From Lingula anatina (taxonomy: Eukaryota; Animalia; Brachiopoda), in contig CM120641.1 of assembly GCA_051362555.1 (NCBI GenBank), forward strand, positions 28,836,401 to 28,900,400: a stretch of DNA of 64,000 nt. The letters run 5' to 3'. This document shows, piece by piece, positions 15,121 through 30,100 of the stretch. How positions within the stretch are numbered: position 1 is the stretch's first letter; every line of letters starts with the position of its first letter. Made by a program: the position numbers and the translations under genes. The notes beneath the pieces are model-generated. The model ran no database searches. It saw only the letters and a program-made list of their open reading frames with translations, and was not told where the DNA came from.

Positions 15121-18059
15121 TCAATCTTGTAGAATATCTGGATCCTTTAACTCCAAGTTCAGCATCATGTCCACTGTGAGACCTTGGTCCTTCAGAGTAT
15201 AGTCAGCTTGGTCACTAAGAGTCACTCTTGGGTAAGTAGTAGATATTGTATATATAGTCTGGTGGTAGCCAAGCTTGGTGATGTAGTCTAATAATACCTT
15301 TAATAGCAAGATAAATTTTTCTTATTAGAGGAAGGTGCAAAATTTACAACTAGATGGTGTCAATGGGTAGCCATCAAATTTCCCCCTTCCTTCCACACAT
15401 TGTTAAGTAAGAGTAGCTCACCCCTTCATATTTATGCAATGCCTGGGTCCTATATGTACAATTGTTGCAAATAATAATCTTCATAATAACAACATAAAAA
15501 GTATGTTTTAATGTAAAAGAGAATCATCCAACCCCTTAACCCACAGGGACAGCCCAACCCCCAGGAATACACAAATTACGACTAGCCCATTCACATCCCT
15601 GATGTTAGGTCTATCAATCCCAAAAAGTTCAAACTTCCTCACTCTAATGGTCTAGAATATGGTCTAGATAAATGAAGTTATAATATAGAAAATTAAAATC
15701 AACCACCCAGGGACAGCCCAACCCCAAGGGCTCATGTGCATCTGTGATGATAGGTCTGCCAATACCCAAATAATGAACTCCCTCATTATAATGGTCTAGG
15801 AGTAATGAGCAGAAATTACAATGAGAAAAAAATTAAGAATCAATCGCCCACCCCACCCCCAGGGATAGCCTAACCCACAGTTTCACTAAAATTCAGAAGT
15901 GCCCATGCACATCTCTGATGATATGTCTATCAATTCCTAAAGTTTGAACTATCTCCCTCTAATGGTTTAGGAGAAGTTAGCAAAAATCACGATGTAAAAA
16001 AGAATTAAGAATCAACCACCCCCAGGGACAGCCCAACCCGCTGCCTCCCGAAAATTCCGAAGTGCCCATGCACATCTTTAATGATAAGTCTATCAATGCC
16101 CAAAGTTTCAACTTCATACATGTAATGGTCTAGAAGACGCAAGAAAGCACATAAAGATACATGGATGGGCAGTATAATGTGATCCTTGACTTTTGTCCCA
16201 AGTGTGGGCATAATAAATTGTTATAACACACACACACACACCATTTAATCTAATAAGGACCTGGAAATTAAAGGTACATACGAACCGAACATCGGTGGAG
16301 TGTAGATTCCCAGTAACACATGTAAACCACTTCTACTAGTTTCTTATACGACTCAAGTAAATTGGACATGCCAAGGGGTAAACTGAATAGATCACTTAAT
16401 CAGCCAAAGAAGAGCTTTAGACTGCTCCTTTCTTTAAATTTTTGGTCCGAAATTTAACCTACTTTTGTGACCTACTTTTTTTCCCATTGACATACAGCTA
16501 GCATAGAATGCTACCAGAAAAATCTGTTCAAACATCATTTTTGGGTTAAATTAAACAATGCTTTTTGTAATTCTTTAGTTATACTACTTGAAACTATATG
16601 CTGGCATTTGTTCGGTTTTTGTGGCAAAAAAATTGACTTTATATGCATCTTTATTGTTCATGTACATGTAAAGTAAAGTAAAGCTTGTGTAAAATTGCTG
16701 TTTGTCAGTGTGAGCTACCTGCAGCTGCTTGTAGTTCATGCTCACATGCATCAGGTACATGTATAGGAGACATGTACATTAATCCTCCCACTGGGACCAT
16801 CTCTCAATTTAATGTGACACTGACACATTATCATCTAGTGTCAACCAAACCCAGGAGATGCTGTGACAATGCCACATAATAATTACATAAAATTTTAAAC
16901 ACGAGTAATGAAATGTTGCAGGCAAATGCCTTAAACTGCAACAATCACTGTTGCACCTCCTCCTCCCCCCTCTAAGTGTTGTTCTACACACTATTAGTAT
17001 TATCACCACAGACTGTTTGAGGTCAATAGGCAGAAAATTTATTGCTACTCCCGCTACCACATAAAACATTGTTCAATAACCAACACAAGGCACCTGAGTC
17101 AAATTATAATCACCAATAGCTGTCACAGTGATTTTTTTCACTGGTCTTTTGGTTGGTTTGATGTTGTGTCGAAGAGTAGGGCGCAAATATGAATATAATA
17201 TCAGATAATGAAATTATAAAACAAGGCAGCAAAGCTGACAAATGTACAGACAAAAAACAGAAAATAAAGATGCAAAAAAGGTCATTTTGTCAATTTTGAT
17301 GCAATAATAAATAATGTTTATAATAGCACTGTCAGTCAACACTGAATTTTAATCTTGCACAACAGGTAACATGGTCAATAACAGGAGCGGACCCAGAGAT
17401 ACTTTCTGACAGTATTACAAAGTATCTATGTTGATCCATCCTCCATTTCGATGGTCTTCCAACAGAAAAAAATATATACCAGTCAATATAAACTTAATAA
17501 CCTGACTGTCTTCCCGAAGACCCAGAAGATGGTCTCAATCCACCCCTTCAATAAGATTACAGTTTCAGGACCATGAGAGTTCAAATTCACATTATGAAAG
17601 TCTCAATATTTGAAAAATGATGACAGTGCATAAAATAATATTACATAATGTTTAAAGACATAAAAAACAATACAACTGCTTATGAAGAAATACAGAAAAT
17701 GTGCAGAGCCCCAGGCAGATGAGAGTTAAAAGTTATAAATGGAAGTGTTTGAGAAAAAATTATAAAGGAAAACAACAAACTAGAAAAGCACTTTGAGAGT
17801 GCAGACCTCTGCCAAGGCAGCAATTGTTGATTATTATTGATAATTGATTGATTATTAATCTGGACCACCACCAAAAATTAATCATTGCCCTCTTTGGCCC
17901 ACTTCCAACAGTTCCTGAAAATTTCTGCAAAATCGGTCCATAACTTTTTGTGTTATGTGGATGACAGACAAACAGGGATGAAAATATAACCTCCTTGGCA
18001 GAGCTTGAGGTAAATATAATTCCAATGAAGATGCTATTCAAACTTTTAATCTTCCAGTT

Positions 18060-18135
<76 letters not shown>

Positions 18136-21100
18136 CTTATTTGCAATATTAAACAAAATTTACCTGCATAATTATCACTGCTTCCTTATTATTAATCTAG
18201 CAGAGAGCTTTACCTTTGGGAGTTTACAGGGAAATATCAACAAGTGTGCTTTACGTAATCTTATTTAATGGCCTATTAAGGCAAATGACTTTATAACTCT
18301 GAAATTAATCTAGTGATACCCAAGGGTAATTTACAGAATGACCCACTCAAAGGTCTTCAGGCCCATAAGTCACACCTTAAGAAAAGCACAAAACCATAAT
18401 GCCCAAAATAGGAGACTACCAATCCTGATGCAATAATACATTATGTTTAACTGCACAGTCAACATCAACTTATGCACAACAGGTAACACAGACGAAAGTA
18501 AAAGCATAAGGCTTCAGGCCCATCAGAGTTCAAGTTTATACTTAGAAAGTGCCAGAATGAGAAAAATGAAAATTTCACAAAAAATGCATAAATACAGTAA
18601 AAATGATAATCCAATAGAGCTGGTTTTCTCATATGAGCTGAAGGCCAATCCTAAAAATCGTACTTGTAAGTTTAAAATTATAATAAGTAGCACAGTTTTC
18701 TTTTCATAATGTTTGCAGTAGCAGTGCAAAAAGATTGTTGTCAATTTTGATGTAACATTACATAATAAATTAGAGAATAATTATCACCAATTTTTGTTTA
18801 TTGACTATAAATAGGATGGACATGTAGAAAATATGATTACCATTTGGCTTCATGTCCATGGGAGCTCCGAGTCCCACAATGAATATGCCAAAAAGATAAT
18901 GAATATTACACTAAAATGTATAACTTCCAGAAAAAGAAGCCAATTAGACTGCTTTTCTAACTCAGGCTGCATTTTAGTCCTGTGTTTCTTTTTTGAAAGT
19001 TTGACAGTCATAAGTAACACGGTTTTCCCATAATGGTCATCAAGGCAGCAGCACCAAAAATTGTGTTTTCTTCTATTTTGATGCAACATAACATAATGCT
19101 TAACAGCATAATGACCATCGACTTTTAATAATAAAATATCAGTGTCATGGATTTTCAGAAAATGTGACTAGCATGGGTCTTCAAGCCCGTGGAGGTTCTA
19201 AGTCACACCTTGGAAATGCCAATATGTAAAAAATTAAATTTTCACAAAAAACTGCTTAATTGCCAGAAAAATTTACCAAACAGACTGCATTGCCTACTGA
19301 AGCTGTATTTTAGACCCATGTTTCTTTCCTGTAAGTTTGAGAACAGTAATTGACATGATTTTCCTTAAATGGTCAGCATGGGAGCAGTGCCCAAAATAGG
19401 GGTTTCTTCAAATTTTGATGCAACATTACATAATGTTTAACAGCATAATGACCATCAATTTTTAATTATAAAATATTAGTATCACGGACATTCAGGAAAT
19501 GTGACAAGCAAAGGTCTTCAGGATCATGGAACTTCAAAGTCACACCTTGAAAATGCCAATATGTGAAAAATTAAATTTTCACAAAAAACTGTTTAACTAC
19601 CAGAACAATTTACCAAACAGACTTCATTGCCTACTGAAGCTGTATTTTAGTCCCATGTTTCTTTCCTGTAAGTTTGAGAACAGTAAGTGACATGATTTTC
19701 CTTAAATGGTCAGCATGGGAGCAGTGCCCAAAATAGGGGTTTCTTCAAATTTTGATGCAATATTACATAATGTTTTACAGCATAATGACCATCATTCTTA
19801 ATTATAAAATATTATTATCATGGTTATTCAGAAAATGTGACTAGCAAAAGTCTTCAGGCCCATGGAACTTCAAAGTCACATATTGAAAATGCCAAAATGT
19901 AAACAAGACAGCACGGTTCTGAAATGGGTTTATTTCCATTTTTAACACTTTTTTAACATAAAACAAAATAAACAGTTTACTGCCATTTTTATATGACCAA
20001 TGAAGAAAATTGATGAGATGGGAAAAGTATTAATAGAACAGTGTTAAATGTCCAACTTCCTCCATTCTGAGATTCTGAACATAGTGGATGAATGGATCTG
20101 ACAAACTGCAATGATATGAGTTTATTTCCATTTTTGACACTTGATTACACAATACATGATAACAAGTTTACCATCATTTTTACAAAATCAACTAACAATG
20201 TTGTAAAGATGCAGGAAATGCCAAACAAACACATTTACGTATCTTATTAGTTCAATAATGAGACTGTTAACATGCCTAAGAATTGAATGTGAGGAAATGT
20301 GAAAAAACAGCATAACTTCTAAAATAAAGGCACGATTATGCTGATTTTCAAACTCAACCTGCGTTTTAGTAAGATTGGCTGTGAGTATAATGACAATTGG
20401 CCAATCTGTTTTTCTTATATTGTGTTATCAGTGTTGCATATATACTGAAAAAAGTGAAAAAACAGCATAAATTCCCTATAAGTGACCCGATCGTGCTGAT
20501 TTTCGAACTTGGCCTGGGTATAATGAATATTTATCAGTTCTGTAAGTTTCAAGCCAAAGGGTAAAACAGCTCTTCATTTATTGTGTTATCAGTGTTGCAA
20601 AAATGCTGAAAAAAAGTGAAAAAATAGCCTAAATTCACTAAAAATGACCCAATCATGCTGATTTTCGAACTTGACCTGCGTATTATGAATATTTATCAGT
20701 TTTGTAAGTTTCAAGCCAAAAAGTAAAATGGTTTTCCACTTATCGTGTTATCGGTGCTGCATATATGCTGAAAAAAGTGAAAAAACAGCATAACTTCCCT
20801 AAAAATGGCCCGATCATGCTGATTTTCGAACTTGACCTGCGGATTATGAATATTCATCAGTTTTGTAAGTTTCAAGCCAAAAAGTAAAATGGTTTTCCAC
20901 TTATCGTGTTATCGGTGCTGCATATATGCTGAAAAAAGTGAAAAAACAGCATAACTTCCCTAAAAATGGACCGATCATGCTGATTTTCGAACTTGACCTG
21001 CATATTATGAATATTCATCAGTTCTGTAAGTTTCAAGCCAAAAGCAAAAACGGTTTTCCACTTATCATGTTATCGGTAAAAGTGCACGACGGCGACGACG

Positions 21101-24100
21101 GCGACGACGGCACCGACGGCGACGACGGCGACGACGACAGACGCAGATGATGGCTATATGTACAGACACATCTGTGTCTGTACATAAAAACAAACAAGTG
21201 ATATATTTTCCACTCTGCCTCCCCCCCCACATACACACATACAATTAATGTCAACGAGTATGATATAAATATGTGCATATGTGTATTGCATCATACACAC
21301 CTCATAAAACATCTGTACTCATTAGCACCAACAAACATACTTATAAATTCAACAAAAACCTTTTATGATGTAAATGTTGGTTATAGTATTTCATATGTCA
21401 AGTTTCATCACATTTGAGGGAAGATTTCGAGTCTCATCATTCATGGCATACAAGCTCATGTTTACTTAATAAAATGTATGTATATAGCCCTGACATTGCA
21501 GTACTGGGTTAATATATATCAATGATGTATATCAAGCTGATGTATTATGCATGAAGATGTGCCAGTAGATTTATTCTGAAGTATGTCTTTAGAATTAAAA
21601 TTGTCTGTTATCTAGAAGCTAATTAACTTAAATAGAAAAGAAAAATAACAATTAATCTAAGTACTTGAGCAAAGAACATATCTGCATGTGTTACAAAAAC
21701 TGAGGTGGCAATACATGTAGCCATTAACATTAACTGGTCTGAATGAATTTTTTTCTTTTGATATTTTTCACTCATTATAAACCAATCTTAAAATGGGAAG
21801 AGTGAAAACTTTCAAAATGAAATAAAAGATAAAATACAAACTTAATACCAACACTTACTGAAGCAAAGATGACACTTTCACGTTAAAATCTGAACCATAA
21901 TGAAATGTCAGGGAGATAGTATGAGAAGAACATTCAGTCAATAAAAACATTACCTGTATTTTATCTGACTGCATAAAGCGTCTCCTGTGTATTTTCCCCA
22001 GGGGTGTCCTGAAGGAGAGGAAGACAGTGTCAGGAGTCCCTGGGGAGGGTTCCTCTGGGAGAGTGATTATCTGGAGAAAAATTTTAAAGATTAACCACTT
22101 TGTCTACGTAAGTAATATATGTATGTGTCTGGAAATACCTATAAATTAACACAGCTCTTAATAGACTCTAATTAGGCTTTTGGGTTATAATCACTAAGGT
22201 CCATGTCAAAAGAAATATATATATAGATTTTATTCTGATGAAAATGCATAGAGGCAGTATGCGTGCCAAGTTTGTAACTGCAGGGGTGCCAGAGATGCAT
22301 TATGGTAAAGTTTTACCTTCCTTTGCTTTGGCTTTTCTTGCATAACTGATTGATTGTGGTGTTCAGGCAATTTCCTGGCTTTTGCTGCATCTTTCCCAGT
22401 TTTGCCATTGGCCTTGTGTTTGCTTGCACCATTACCTTCTTCTCCATTCTATTTATACATTTAAATAAAATTAAATAGTTGAACATTTCTAAAATTAAAT
22501 AGTTGAGAATTTTCATTTTTCATGAAAAATTCTTATCTTCAACAGTCTCAAGACAAAGTATAAACAATGCACGTGTGTGGAAAGAGTTGGTGTAAGAATA
22601 TGTGTACAAGGATTTTCATTAAAATAGATTTTTTGTGACTATTTATTATCCATAAAATAATCATGTAATCTCATACATAATTTCATAATTTCTAAACTGA
22701 CCCAATTCTATATAAAATATCAAACTATTTGTTCTCTTCTGCTAGGGCCCCTAGTTACACGTTATTTCTATCCACCCATCCACAGGAACATTGAACACTG
22801 CCATGCTCAAAGACATCACTGTTAAAACAGGTGGTGACGGAAAATTACAGCCACTCTGGACCAGAATAAAATTCGAGGGCATTTTCTCTATTATCTAATA
22901 AGATAAGACACCTGCACTGGAAAGTCTATACATATCTTGTAAGTGTGTCAAATGTGATGTCAATATTGGGTCAATAAGAGCATAGAAGTCAGCTGACAAT
23001 TTCTAGCTGTCTAAGAAATTTCTGCAAATTTAAACCGTTTGAATATGAGCTTTGTCAATATATTTAGTCATGTGGTTAGGGATTTTAATATGACCAAGCA
23101 AAGAGAGGCAGAACACTCTTCCCTTAAAGTAAGCAAAATCTATCTGAGAAAATTAAAGATAAATGTTTAGAAGGCCAATTCTTCATCTGTCTCAATCTAA
23201 ATATGGTTATGCATGAATTAGATCAGATTACTTCAATAATATCCTGAGTAAATGACACATCATATTGTGCAGACTTAAACATGTTTAAACAAGTAACTAT
23301 AAGATACCATCATAAGCAATTATTTTATTTATTTTGGGGGACACCTTAATTAGCACCAAGTTGAGGATGAAAAAAAAAAAAGAATAATGGTACAGTTAAT
23401 GTTGATCACTTGAGTATTTAATTGAGAGAATTTGAGATGTACTACTTCTATTGAGGCATTAATTATTAATAATCCTGCCACTGCTCTAACAGAAGCCGGG
23501 TTCCATCTTTTGACAAAAGTGTAAGCCAAATTTTCATGAAAAAAACTTCATGCATTTTTGAACTTACTCCAAGTGGTGTTCCCTTTCCCTTCCAAGCTGG
23601 ACCTGCAAATCTATAGTATTGTTCCTCTAGCTTTTGACGTTTAGCTTCTTCTTTGGGTTGTAATACATTTTTTCTATACTCAGATGCCTGAAACACAACA
23701 AAACTTATAACATCATTTCTTTCAAAACCATTAAGTTTTCTTTATTACATTATAAGTTAATAAAATGGTTGCATAATCCCTTTTGGACTAAAAAACCTTA
23801 AAAGAGGTTCACCTCCAAAGGCAAAACTTTTTTGGCTCGAAAAGAGATAATACTACCATTATTTTGGGCTTTGCATTTATTTCTTTTATCATATTCTATT
23901 TCTATTACTTAATAATAATAATAATAATAATGATATCTGCTACCAGTACATGATCCTTCTTTTCATAATTAACAACAGAAACAATATGGTACATGGTACA
24001 AACCCACAGGGGAATAATAAACTTCCTTAAACACATTTTCCCTACATTCAAGTAAATTCTGTCACTGTATATACAGTAGACCATCAGGACATAGGTTACC

Positions 24101-27100
24101 TGCATGAACTATATCAAAGCTACATGGGCCTTTATATTGCTATACAAAGAGGTGAAAAAATACATACATCAACTACATGACAAACAGCGTATGTCATTAA
24201 AAAACAGTTCCATACTCCAGCAGTTTTCTGTAATACAGTGTATAATATTTTAGCTTACAACCCAATATATATCAAAGTTGTTCATACAAGTTGTTCAAGT
24301 AAAGGATCCTTGGCATTTCTAAATTTCTACAACACATTTTCCCAATAATTAATAGTTGGAAAATTGTAAGTAAACTACAAAACAATCTGACACTACTAAA
24401 GCCTAAAATTAGGATGATCATATCTCACTTTATCAAAAGCACATCAAGACACAAAGACATTCCGAGCTCCTCTGGATCATATTTCTAACCCCTGTGCACC
24501 TCCCAACTCCCCTTGAACTGTCAATATTTCCACGCAGTCTTGTTGGTCAAGTATCTCAAGTGCAGTGTCTTCTTGAGACCATAACTCGTGATACACGCCA
24601 AGGATAGGACAGTGACATGCATTTTACGTGAAATATGTTTCTTAATATTAAAATTAATTAATAAATCAAATCACTTTTAGAGAACATATTCTCTTCTTTG
24701 GTGCTTTATTCACTACCTAACTTGTTTCTGCACATAGGGTGACCAAGTGTAAATCATCAATTTCTTATATTAACTGTCGTAAGTTGAATGCTTTAATTTT
24801 CTAAATGTCCTAGTTACATATATCAATCACGAAGAAGAAACTAAACTTCCAGTTCATAAATAACAGCTGCAGCTTCTGTGAGATAAGATAAAAGTTCACT
24901 TGTATCTGGCTTCATGCAGCTGGGGTGTTTAAATGAAGTCTAAACCGGTGTATGGTGACCCAAAACATTGCAGTATAACTGACATACGGTAAAGTGCCAT
25001 GAATTTCGAACAGCTCTTAAATTTCGAACGATCTTAAAATTGGCCGTCTGGAGTTTTTTCTGGACCATGAATTTCGGCCAGTCAGCAATTTTGCGCGATC
25101 TTGATTTCGTGAATTTCGTACACCTTAAAATCGGCCACCGGGCTATTCTCGCGCTTGTAAAGATCTAACAGTCGGCAATGTTGCCCTAGCGTACCTTTAC
25201 CTGAGTACTACGTGTGCGGCCCAAGGTGCAATATAACGATCAGTACAGTTAGTTTAGGACGCTAAATAACATCGTCATATCCATTCATTCAGATAACAGG
25301 AGAATCTATTAAGAGTTGTACTGTCGGGCTGTTGTTTCTTTACCGCAGTATTCGGTGTGAGATAGCGATCGGTAGTTTTGCTGAGGCGCACAATAGCATT
25401 GTTAACAGTAGAGACTTCAGTAACAGAACAAAAGAGAAATATTAAGAGCTGCAATAAAGATTACCATTATTGCTTTCTTGTCTCGCTCAGATCGTTCACG
25501 ATCTCCCGCTGACGATCTTCCGCTAATGAGGTCCCTTGAAATGTACAAATGAAATGAAAAATATTTTTAAAAATTATAATTCCAATGGGGAGGGATAGAG
25601 GGTTAAAAACAATCGAGAACGATCTCCGGCTGACGATCTGCCGCAAACGAAAGGCACTGAACGAGTATGAGCTTTCTCGTTTCACTCGGATTGCGACGCT
25701 GATGATACGAAAATTGCGTTCTCGTCTCGCCCTTTGGCTTACGAAGTCTCTTTAACAAATATGAAAATTGCCTCCTGGTCTCTCTCGGATTGCGAACGAT
25801 CTCTCGCTGAAAATTTGAAATTTTCCTTTTTGTCAATCAGCTTTGTCAGTTGCCGTGCGTATTAAGGTCCGGAAGGTGTCCCCTTTCACAAATTGGCCTG
25901 TACAGTAGTTATATAGCTTAGTGTTTTGTACCGCATGAAGGTCACTCTTGTCACTGCTGCATACGGCGTGGAATGTGTATCTTAAGGTTCATAGAAACAT
26001 TTTATTGTGTTTTGTAAGCTTTAGGAAGTAGTTTCGTCGTGACTGAATATCAGCGTACACTACAAAGTAGTACCATTCATCTGTGACGCATCATAAAAGC
26101 TAGGTACGTCAAATTACTCTAAGAAAATTTCTTACAACGTCCACGGCTGTCCCGACAAGCCAAGACGTCATTAAAAAAAAGTCGCAAGCCGTCTAGCCGT
26201 CTTTGAAAATATAGGCCGTCCGGTGATGTCAGCGGCCGTCCAAAAGACGGCTGGACGGTTCGCTGGGAAAAGCCTTGCTCATAAGGGTATATTTATTTAA
26301 CTAGGGGCTTACTGACATCACCCAGCTTACATGCGGGTGCATGCCTCCCAAAATTATATTAAAGGATAAAATTGTAATATATCTAAGTATAATTGTTTGT
26401 AAATTTTGTAAAAATTGCCCATGCCACCCCGTTAGTTTGGAGGGTTAAGCTGGATCAAGTCCGTGTCAAAATTCTTTGAAACTTTGCAGGAAAAATCAAT
26501 CTTCCTTTGTTTCTCTGGCTCCTTGTTTATCCCGATGATCAAATTTATCTAGTGCCCCCAGGTCTGCTGGAGCAGCTCTTTGAGATAAATATCGCGTTCG
26601 ATACACTCAAGACAAAAGCTACCTGTGAGCTGAAGGGCACTTTACCCTTTAATTAAGAGGTAAAGCAAGTTCCAGCTAGATAGACGATTAAGATCGGACT
26701 TCAGATGGTAACTAGTATTGTTTACCTCAGTTCTGTGAAAGCTAACGAGAAGGGTGTCAGAACAATGGTGCATATATATAAATTATACAGAGAATTTGTA
26801 CATTCAGGTGACATTAACTTATAATCGAAGGGGATTTTCGATAATATTCCTTGAAAAGTACACTAGATTTATAGAGAAAAATATCATGGTTGGCCAAAAA
26901 ATTATATACGCACAGTGTATCCGTGCGTATGCCTGGTTACGCCCCTGTCGCAAACCAGCAAACCATATCCTGCTGACTACATGAAAATTGCCTTCTAGCA
27001 TGGACAAAAAGTCCAAGCTTCTATGCTTGCTCGGATCGCTGACGATCTCTTGCTGACGAATATAGTAACAAAGTCCCTTGAACTAGTGTGGAAATTGGCT

Positions 27101-30100
27101 TATTATCGCGCTCAGATCGCTCACTATCTCCCATTGATGATCTTCCAGTCCCTTGAACGAATATAAAAACTGCCTTTTCGGTTTACTCTAGCTTACCTAT
27201 CTCTCGCGTTTGTTTGAAGATGACAAAACATACACGCTTTTCAAATGCGTACATTGACGCAACTATGTGCCAGGAAATCAGTTGCTGCTGCTGGTTAAGA
27301 TTGGGTTGCCTGAGCGAAAAAAAAAACGGCCCTGCACCCCCCCCCCTCCCCCCCCCAAACCTAGTATATTTGATCGCAGACAACAATCAGCGGTCATCTT
27401 GGTCGCAGCGCACGACGGAGAGAGACCGTAATACACAGTTCGGCTGCCGTGGCGAAGGCTACCTGTGCGCCGCACATACCGATCTGCGGTCGTAGTGGCC
27501 TCCCCGCACGGAGGAGAGGCCGTAGTGCCGAGGCCGGCTTCTGCAGGGAAGGCCACGTATGCGTCGGAGACAGCGACCCGCGAACGGCGAGATGAGGACG
27601 CATTCGCGCGTAAAGCTCCGCCCGACTTTAACGGTAAAGGCAACGAACCTGGTCGCGGAAGACACTTATCGCAGATGAAGGCTACCTGCACGTGCGCCAT
27701 AGACACTGATCGGCTGCCGTCTCCGTTTCAGTGCACGGAAAGGAGCAACGGTAACACTAAGCTTCCATAGTAAAGGTTATCTGGCCATGGCAGACGCTAA
27801 TCGTCGGCCGTCTCTCCCTCCGTCCACTCCCGTTCTGAGCGCCAGGATCGTTTTTGAAAAACGACACTAGTTTCTGGCTGCCAGAATCGCTTTTGAAAAA
27901 CGACACTACTGATAACAATGCTGTTTTGCGGCCCTAGACAAGAGTACCGCTCTATCTATGGGCCATACACAGTGATCGGGTGAAAGTACGTGTATACCTT
28001 TGGTCGCAATTACCGACACTCACACATCATACATTATGGTAACTCTAAATAGATCGTCGGGAGAAAATAACAGAAGGCCTAGCGACGAACAGACAACTTC
28101 CGGTCAAAATTGACAGAATTCCATGAAATTCGAACTTTCAGGAGTTCTGAGCACCTCCTTTTCATGAATTTCGGCCAGAACGATCTTTTCCCAAATTTAA
28201 TTATTTTTTACTGTTCGAAATTCATGGCACATTACCGTATATGCAAATTTTGTACTTCATATATTTAATATCAAATCCCTTCCAAATCTGTTAATTCCTC
28301 TCATCTGTCTGCAATAGAGGCTGTCCGGGTTCTCAACGAGAAGACCACATTTCCCCGTGATTTTACGAGATCTGCCTTGAGGTGGGGTTAAAATATATAG
28401 AGAGACCACAAGGAAGTAGAGCAGCGATTTCTTTACTTGAAAAATAGCTGAACTTACAAAAATTTTGAGCTACAGGCTTATTCTTTTTTCACTTTATAAA
28501 GAAAAAGTATTGATATAATATGTACGTACAACTGACATGTTGAATTTGCCAAGCTAAGAGCCGATGACGCTTGCAAAGCAAAATTCGCCCGGAGGACGTA
28601 CTACGCAGCAAAGGTCGCGTTTAAACAGGCTACATCACCAGAGGTTTGCTTGTGGTACAGGAAAATGGCATTAGTTACCATTGTTTTTCATTGACTGGTC
28701 ATTTCATGAGATCCGTTTGAACAACAAAAGCTTTTTATAACTGCAACTTATTTTTCTTTATATTTTTTTTTACTATTAAACTTTACTTATAAAGAAGTAA
28801 AAAAAATCATTTGACATTTCATTTACTGATGGATGGCATATCAGAACATTAGACCTGCCAGCATCTTTGTTTTAATTTCACTAAATTTAAAGGCTGGAAC
28901 TTGATCATAAAGTTAATTTTCTTCATTTATTTACTGATGAAAATGATGCTATAGAAGCTAATGGATAGCATTCACAAAATGTAAGTTTCATTGTGATCAG
29001 ATTTGACTTAAATGACAGGAAAGATGACAAAAGAAAGTATTAAAATGGACAACATATAGGTTAAACTTTGCATAAATCATTGCATTTTATTGACAGTTAT
29101 ACACAAATACAGCAAATAAACACAACATCACAGGCGAACTTGTATTTGTGATCTCAGTAAATAATATGAAAAACAGGTGTCATATAGTTATTTTGAAAAG
29201 TCACTACAGTAACATAAGAATGATACAAGCAAGAAAAATTATTTTCTTCATTAAATTACTAGTGCAGTACAATACATAGGCCTGTATATATATTCATAAA
29301 ACCAAATATTTCATTTTAAAGTAATAAAGAAAATGCCTGATACTGTAAGTGACACCCAGACAAAAATGCCATCTGTTGATTACTGATATAATAAGTCAAC
29401 AACATAATAACTAAGGACATAAGAGATTAATATACACTGAGCAATCTTCAACATCTGTTTATCCTGACCACGTCTCTCACAGTTCTTGCCTGGTTCAATA
29501 ACATGCGCTGTGTCTGTCATGCTCTAAAATAAAAAAATAATAATTCACTTAGTTTTCTGAAATATATATCATCATCATGTGATAAACGTTGTTTTAAAAT
29601 ACCAACTCTAATTTCTACCTTACTTGCAATTATTATAACCGACCACCCGGCATGGAATGTCACAAATGCAACTGAACATTGTGTATACTTAATAAGTGTG
29701 GAAGGTTCACCAGTATTTCATAATCAGGTACACGTTATATCGAGACAGGAATGGTATAAGCAAATTTGTCTCATATAGTTACTGTAAAAGACTATTAATC
29801 ACAAGTACTAGGGCTGTATTACATTAATAAACCATGGTATCCTGTAAACTACACACAAAACTTACTCAGTACTTATTAACATGCCCCTCGACTGTTGATG
29901 ATACGGTCTATACGGTGATGCCATGAAGCCAGTGACGTGTCGGGTGCGAGTTGTCTGCAGTTGGTCCCTTTCTTCCTACAAAATACTACGACCTGACCTG
30001 TACTTTAAATATGTCGACAGTTAGTCCTTTTAATCTAATCAACTTCTCTTTCTTTACTTCACTTCTCTCGCCAGACGTGTCCGTCATCCATGGTCATTTT

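Noticed and set aside
15100-15123. Selenocysteine or readthrough at the UBXN8 TGA
   Set aside because: An in-frame TAA follows after six codons, and the UBX domain is already complete.
27183-27770. Overlapping ORFs in the GC-rich island
   Set aside because: Expected from GC-richness inside a non-autonomous transposon; no transposase motifs (DDE/D, HTH) are visible.
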